Sequence record: MK250017.1
Direction: 5' to 3' (one strand)
Length of the DNA stretch: 64,000 bases
The notes under the pieces were generated by a model that worked only from the letters and a program-made list of their open reading frames with translations, made no database searches and was not told the DNA's origin. Both the position numbers and the translations under genes were made by a program. Below, in pieces: positions 61,105-64,000 of this stretch; the stretch's first letter is position 1; every line of letters starts with the position of its first letter.

Positions 61105-61654
61105 CATTAATTATTTTGATAAAAAATAAGAGAAATATATAGACTTTTATTTGATTTCAACATATACATTATGTTAATTGGATGAACAGTTAATAATTAA
61201 TAATTAATAATAAAAATACTATTAAAATGTGGGGTTTTGAGTGCCCATCATTTAAAGAGTTTCGAGAAGAAGACATTGTATGTAAAAGCATTAAGTTTCA
61301 TTTAGCTGATGAAATGTAGTCAAGCGTGATGGTATCGATGTACATGGGTCCATCCGTATAACTTCGAGGAATCATAAGCATTAATCTTGGAGAGTACAGT
61401 TTTTAGTCTGAAATGACGAATTTTCCTACTGGTTGCTCAATATGACATTAAGAGTCGGAGATAATTATTTGTAAGTTCCACAATTACAAGAGGAAAATGG
61501 AATTAAGTTGTCGGAATAACGTGATTATTCTATGTGCGAGTAAGAAAATGAAAGTAGCATTATATGTATGGTGTACGTATACATATAGAAACAAAGCAAA
61601 TAATAACCCTTAGAGAATTTGCCGAGAAAAGGACATTAATAGTATTTATAATTT

Positions 61655-61725
61655 GCGGGTATAGCACAATGGTAGTGTTCCAGTCTTCCAAACTGGCAAT
61701 GTCGGTTCGATTCCGATTACCCGCT
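61655..61725 (+). tRNA. tRNA-Gly(TCC)
   Basis: gcgggta/tacccgc with U73; ccagt-CTTCCAA-actgg; T loop TTCGATT. Confidence 0.95.
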
Positions 61726-62023
61726 CAAAGATAAAATTAGGTATACATAATTTTGTATCGAAGCTTTATATTACCATTAGTCGTAATATTCAAATCGTTC
61801 GTTGACATGGTTATTCCGTGATGTTAGTAGTAAGTTATAATCAATTTATAGCAAACGGAATATTAATAAAAACGTACTCGGCGTTTAAGTTGAATGTACC
61901 ACGCTGCCCGTATTGTTGACATTTAATTAAGTATTTAATTAAGTTGAAACATATGTTTAAAAAACTTATGGTACCACGAGTGTTTTCTACGTCGTTTCAC
62001 TCATTTTTTTGATATAATAATAT

Positions 62024-62083
62024 ATGAGAGTCATAACAGCAAATTTAGTTCTATTGTTTATTGGGATAACATAAGACTCTTGA
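62024..62083 (+). ncRNA. ACAGCAA stem / anticodon-loop element B (Pro-like UGG loop)
   Basis: ATGAGAGTC-ATAACAGCAAATT...tgttt-ATTGGGA-taaca-taa-GACTCTTG. Confidence 0.55.
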
Positions 62084-62097
62084 ATCAATTATATTAG

Positions 62098-62159
62098 GGG
62101 AGATATTACAGCAAATTATTATTTAGGATCATACTTTTAATATGAAATTCTTGTCTCCT
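62098..62159 (+). ncRNA. ACAGCAA stem / anticodon-loop element C (Lys-like UUU loop)
   Basis: GGGAGATA-TTACAGCAAATT...tcata-CTTTTAA-tatga...TGTCTCCT; perfect 5-bp + 7-nt anticodon arm. Confidence 0.55.
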
Positions 62160-62167
62160 GTTTATTT

Positions 62168-62247
62168 GGGTAAATGCCTGAGTGGTCGAAGGGAATGGTC
62201 TGCAAAACCATTATTATACGTCGTGTGTTCGAATCACACTTTACCCT
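62168..62247 (+). tRNA. tRNA-Cys(GCA) with enlarged variable region
   Basis: gggtaaa/tttaccc with U73; atggt-CTGCAAA-accat; ~11-nt variable region; T loop TTCGAAT. Confidence 0.85.
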
Positions 62248-62576
62248 CTAATATAAAATATTTCCGTGGTATACAGCACGTAAAAAGAGGTTGACTTGTA
62301 TATTCTATAGACCTACTGTATAATAATATATATGATGTACATGTGAAACACCATGTTCTATTAAGAGTTTAATAAAACTGTGGTTGTTATTAAATTGCAC
62401 TGATATTAGATGCATAATATATGATGAATATAATGACGGTACTGTGAAATGACTATTATTTTTAGTTGCTTGGAAACGGCGTACGAAGTTTTTATAATAG
62501 TGGAAGTAATGATAAAACAGTTAAATGTAAATCTTTCTGAGACAATGGGGACAACTTGTAGTAAGAGAGTATTTTT

Positions 62577-62680
62577 GTTGATATAGTTTAATGGGAAAAC
62601 ACCCAAATCCCAGGGATAAGAGATAATACTTTGAAATAGGTATTAGAAGATTTTAGATGGTTCGATTCCATTTATCAACT
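62577..62680 (+). ncRNA. tRNA-like RNA 1 with expanded anticodon domain
   Basis: Acceptor gttgata/tatcaac, D arm gttt-aatggga-aaac, T arm gatgg-TTCGATT-ccatt; 54 nt between D and T arms. Confidence 0.6.
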
Positions 62681-62689
62681 CAAATTAAT

Positions 62690-62810
62690 GAAGTGTGTAG
62701 TTTAATTGGTAAAATATCCTTTGAATAGGACTGTGCGCAGATAGAACATAATGTTAGTCATATTAATCGCATTATTGATAATGATGTTGGTTCGATTCCA
62801 ACGACACTTC
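62690..62810 (+). ncRNA. tRNA-like RNA 2 with expanded anticodon domain
   Basis: Acceptor gaagtgt/acacttc, D arm gttt-aattggta-aaat, T arm gttgg-TTCGATT-ccaac; 69 nt between D and T arms. Confidence 0.6.
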
Positions 62811-63096
62811 CTAATAAATAAAAAGATCTCGGTAATTAGATAAAACATTATATGAGTGAAGCAACTCACCATAACTGCAGATAAATGAGTGAGGGACATA
62901 AGAGTGTATGAAGAAAGATGGACTATGGACACCACCATATAATTGCGTTTTCAATAATAGTAAAGTAAACTTTAGTATAAGTTCCATTAACGCTAAAATA
63001 GAAACATTGTTATTGAAGTCTACTATGCGTGCGATGGTTGAATGAAACCATTGTAGTTCTAAGGCATTGTAAAACGTTTTATTTATTAATTTTTAT

Positions 63097-63170
63097 GGCG
63101 AGATAGCTTAGTTGGTCAGAGCGCAGGATTCATATCCCTGAGGTCGTGTGTTCAAATCACACTTTCGCTA
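63097..63170 (+). tRNA. tRNA-Met(CAT), elongator type (Ile2 not excluded)
   Basis: ggcgaga/tttcgct; cagga-TTCATAT-ccctg; G1-U72 pair, so not an initiator. Confidence 0.85.
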
Positions 63171-63250
63171 CTATTATTTTTTGATTGTTTATTTTTATAA
63201 GAGGTATATCATTTTTTGGTATATCTCTTTTTTATTTAGGAAATAATGTG

Positions 63251-63258
63251 TATCTTTG
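63251..63258 (+). promoter_or_regulatory. Bacteroidota sigma-A type -7 promoter element
   Basis: TGTG-TATCTTTG about 28 nt upstream of ATG 63286. Confidence 0.7.
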
Positions 63259-63285
63259 AATTGTTATTAATAAAATAGTAATAAA

Positions 63286-63765
63286 ATGAAGAAATATAAA
63301 GTATATCAACTTCGTAGAGAAAACGAAAATATAATTGATGATTATCATGAATCATATGATGCAAAAATGAAAGTTATTGCATCATATGAGATTTCATCTG
63401 ATAGAAATGATCCTGTTATTATATCAGAAGATATATGGCAAATGTGTAATGTTCATTGTTGGGATCATACATGGTCTGATGGACAAGTTGTTAAACGAGA
63501 TGATATTACATTAACACCTACATCTGATTTTGATGGATTTGTTAATAGTGATATTGTAGTTGAAACTGTAAATGGATTATATCTAGCAGAATCATGTGGA
63601 TTTATGAAGGTGGATTCATTGAATTATGCTATGCATAGAATTACTGTAAGATTTCCATTTATCTCTTATTATGATATAAGAAATAAAGAGGATTTTAATG
63701 AAGATTTACTTCGTGATATTCGTAATGAAATTCAGAAAGAATATCAGAAGAGAATTGAAGAGTAA
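63286..63765 (+). CDS. Hypothetical protein (putative early gene)
   Basis: 159-aa TAG-free ORF. Confidence 0.7.
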   Translation: MKKYKVYQLRRENENIIDDYHESYDAKMKVIASYEISSDRNDPVIISEDIWQMCNVHCWDHTWSDGQVVKRDDITLTPTSDFDGFVNSDIVVETVNGLYLAESCGFMKVDSLNYAMHRITVRFPFISYYDIRNKEDFNEDLLRDIRNEIQKEYQKRIEE

Positions 63766-64000
63766 TAATAAACAAATATAAACAATTAAAAAGTAATATA
63801 ATTATGGAAAAGTTTAGATCATTTATTAAAAAGCATTTGGTTATTAGTATTATCATTAGTGTAATTATTTACCCATTATTAATTATTTGGCCTATTGTCT
63901 ATTTTGATAAAATAGTAAAACATAAAAAACTATTATATTTGGGAATATTATTATTTTTTATTTTTATTATATCTGGTATTAAAAGTGTAAAAAATAATAC

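Noticed and set aside
61225-61640. tmRNA, RNase P RNA or group I/II intron
   Set aside because: No tRNA-like ends or tag ending in ALAA, no GAGGAAAGUCC, no clear P7 pairing or domain V
62406-62938. Minus-strand track ORFs in the tRNA cluster
   Set aside because: Antisense to tRNA-like elements, with atypical composition and non-ATG or weak starts
63804-64000. Membrane protein at window end
   Set aside because: Frame closes at TGA after ~34 codons; hydrophobic text continues in another frame and cannot be resolved at the edge

Overview
This is an AT-rich segment of a jumbo/mega-phage genome with T4-like structural and replication genes, most consistent with a Lak-type megaphage of Bacteroidota (Prevotella). 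The key to reading it is that TAG is reassigned to a sense codon, Gln being expected for genetic code 15. Many ORFs in the supplied track are fragments that join in frame across TAG and end only at TAA/TGA, so coordinates below use code 15. Left arm (1-36.4 kb, mostly minus strand): probable major capsid N-terminus, a DUF2828/TROVE-like protein, two very large acidic proteins, a gp15-like neck protein, a ~1995-aa Ig/BACON-like structural protein, LRR proteins, a nucleotidyltransferase, a MoxR-like AAA ATPase + vWA/metallopeptidase pair, and an intein-containing ClpX. Centre: a TnpB-like RuvC nuclease hidden by TAG codons, and an AT-rich repeat region with N gaps near the strand switch (possible origin). 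Right arm (plus strand): gp5-like hub, NrdG, gp47/gp46 (Mre11/Rad50), primase, tail sheath, two homing-type endonucleases, HAD, PRS-like enzyme, GrpE and a tRNA cluster (His, Pro, Arg x2, Gly, Cys, Met). The most unusual observation is a family of three small RNA-like elements (closing stem + ACAGCAAA + anticodon-type stem-loop). One lies directly upstream of the TROVE-like gene and two lie in the tRNA cluster. Two tandem tRNA-like elements with intact acceptor/D/T arms but an expanded multi-hairpin anticodon domain are also present. No CTA suppressor tRNA or CRISPR array was seen. All calls come from manual reading; no database searches were run.
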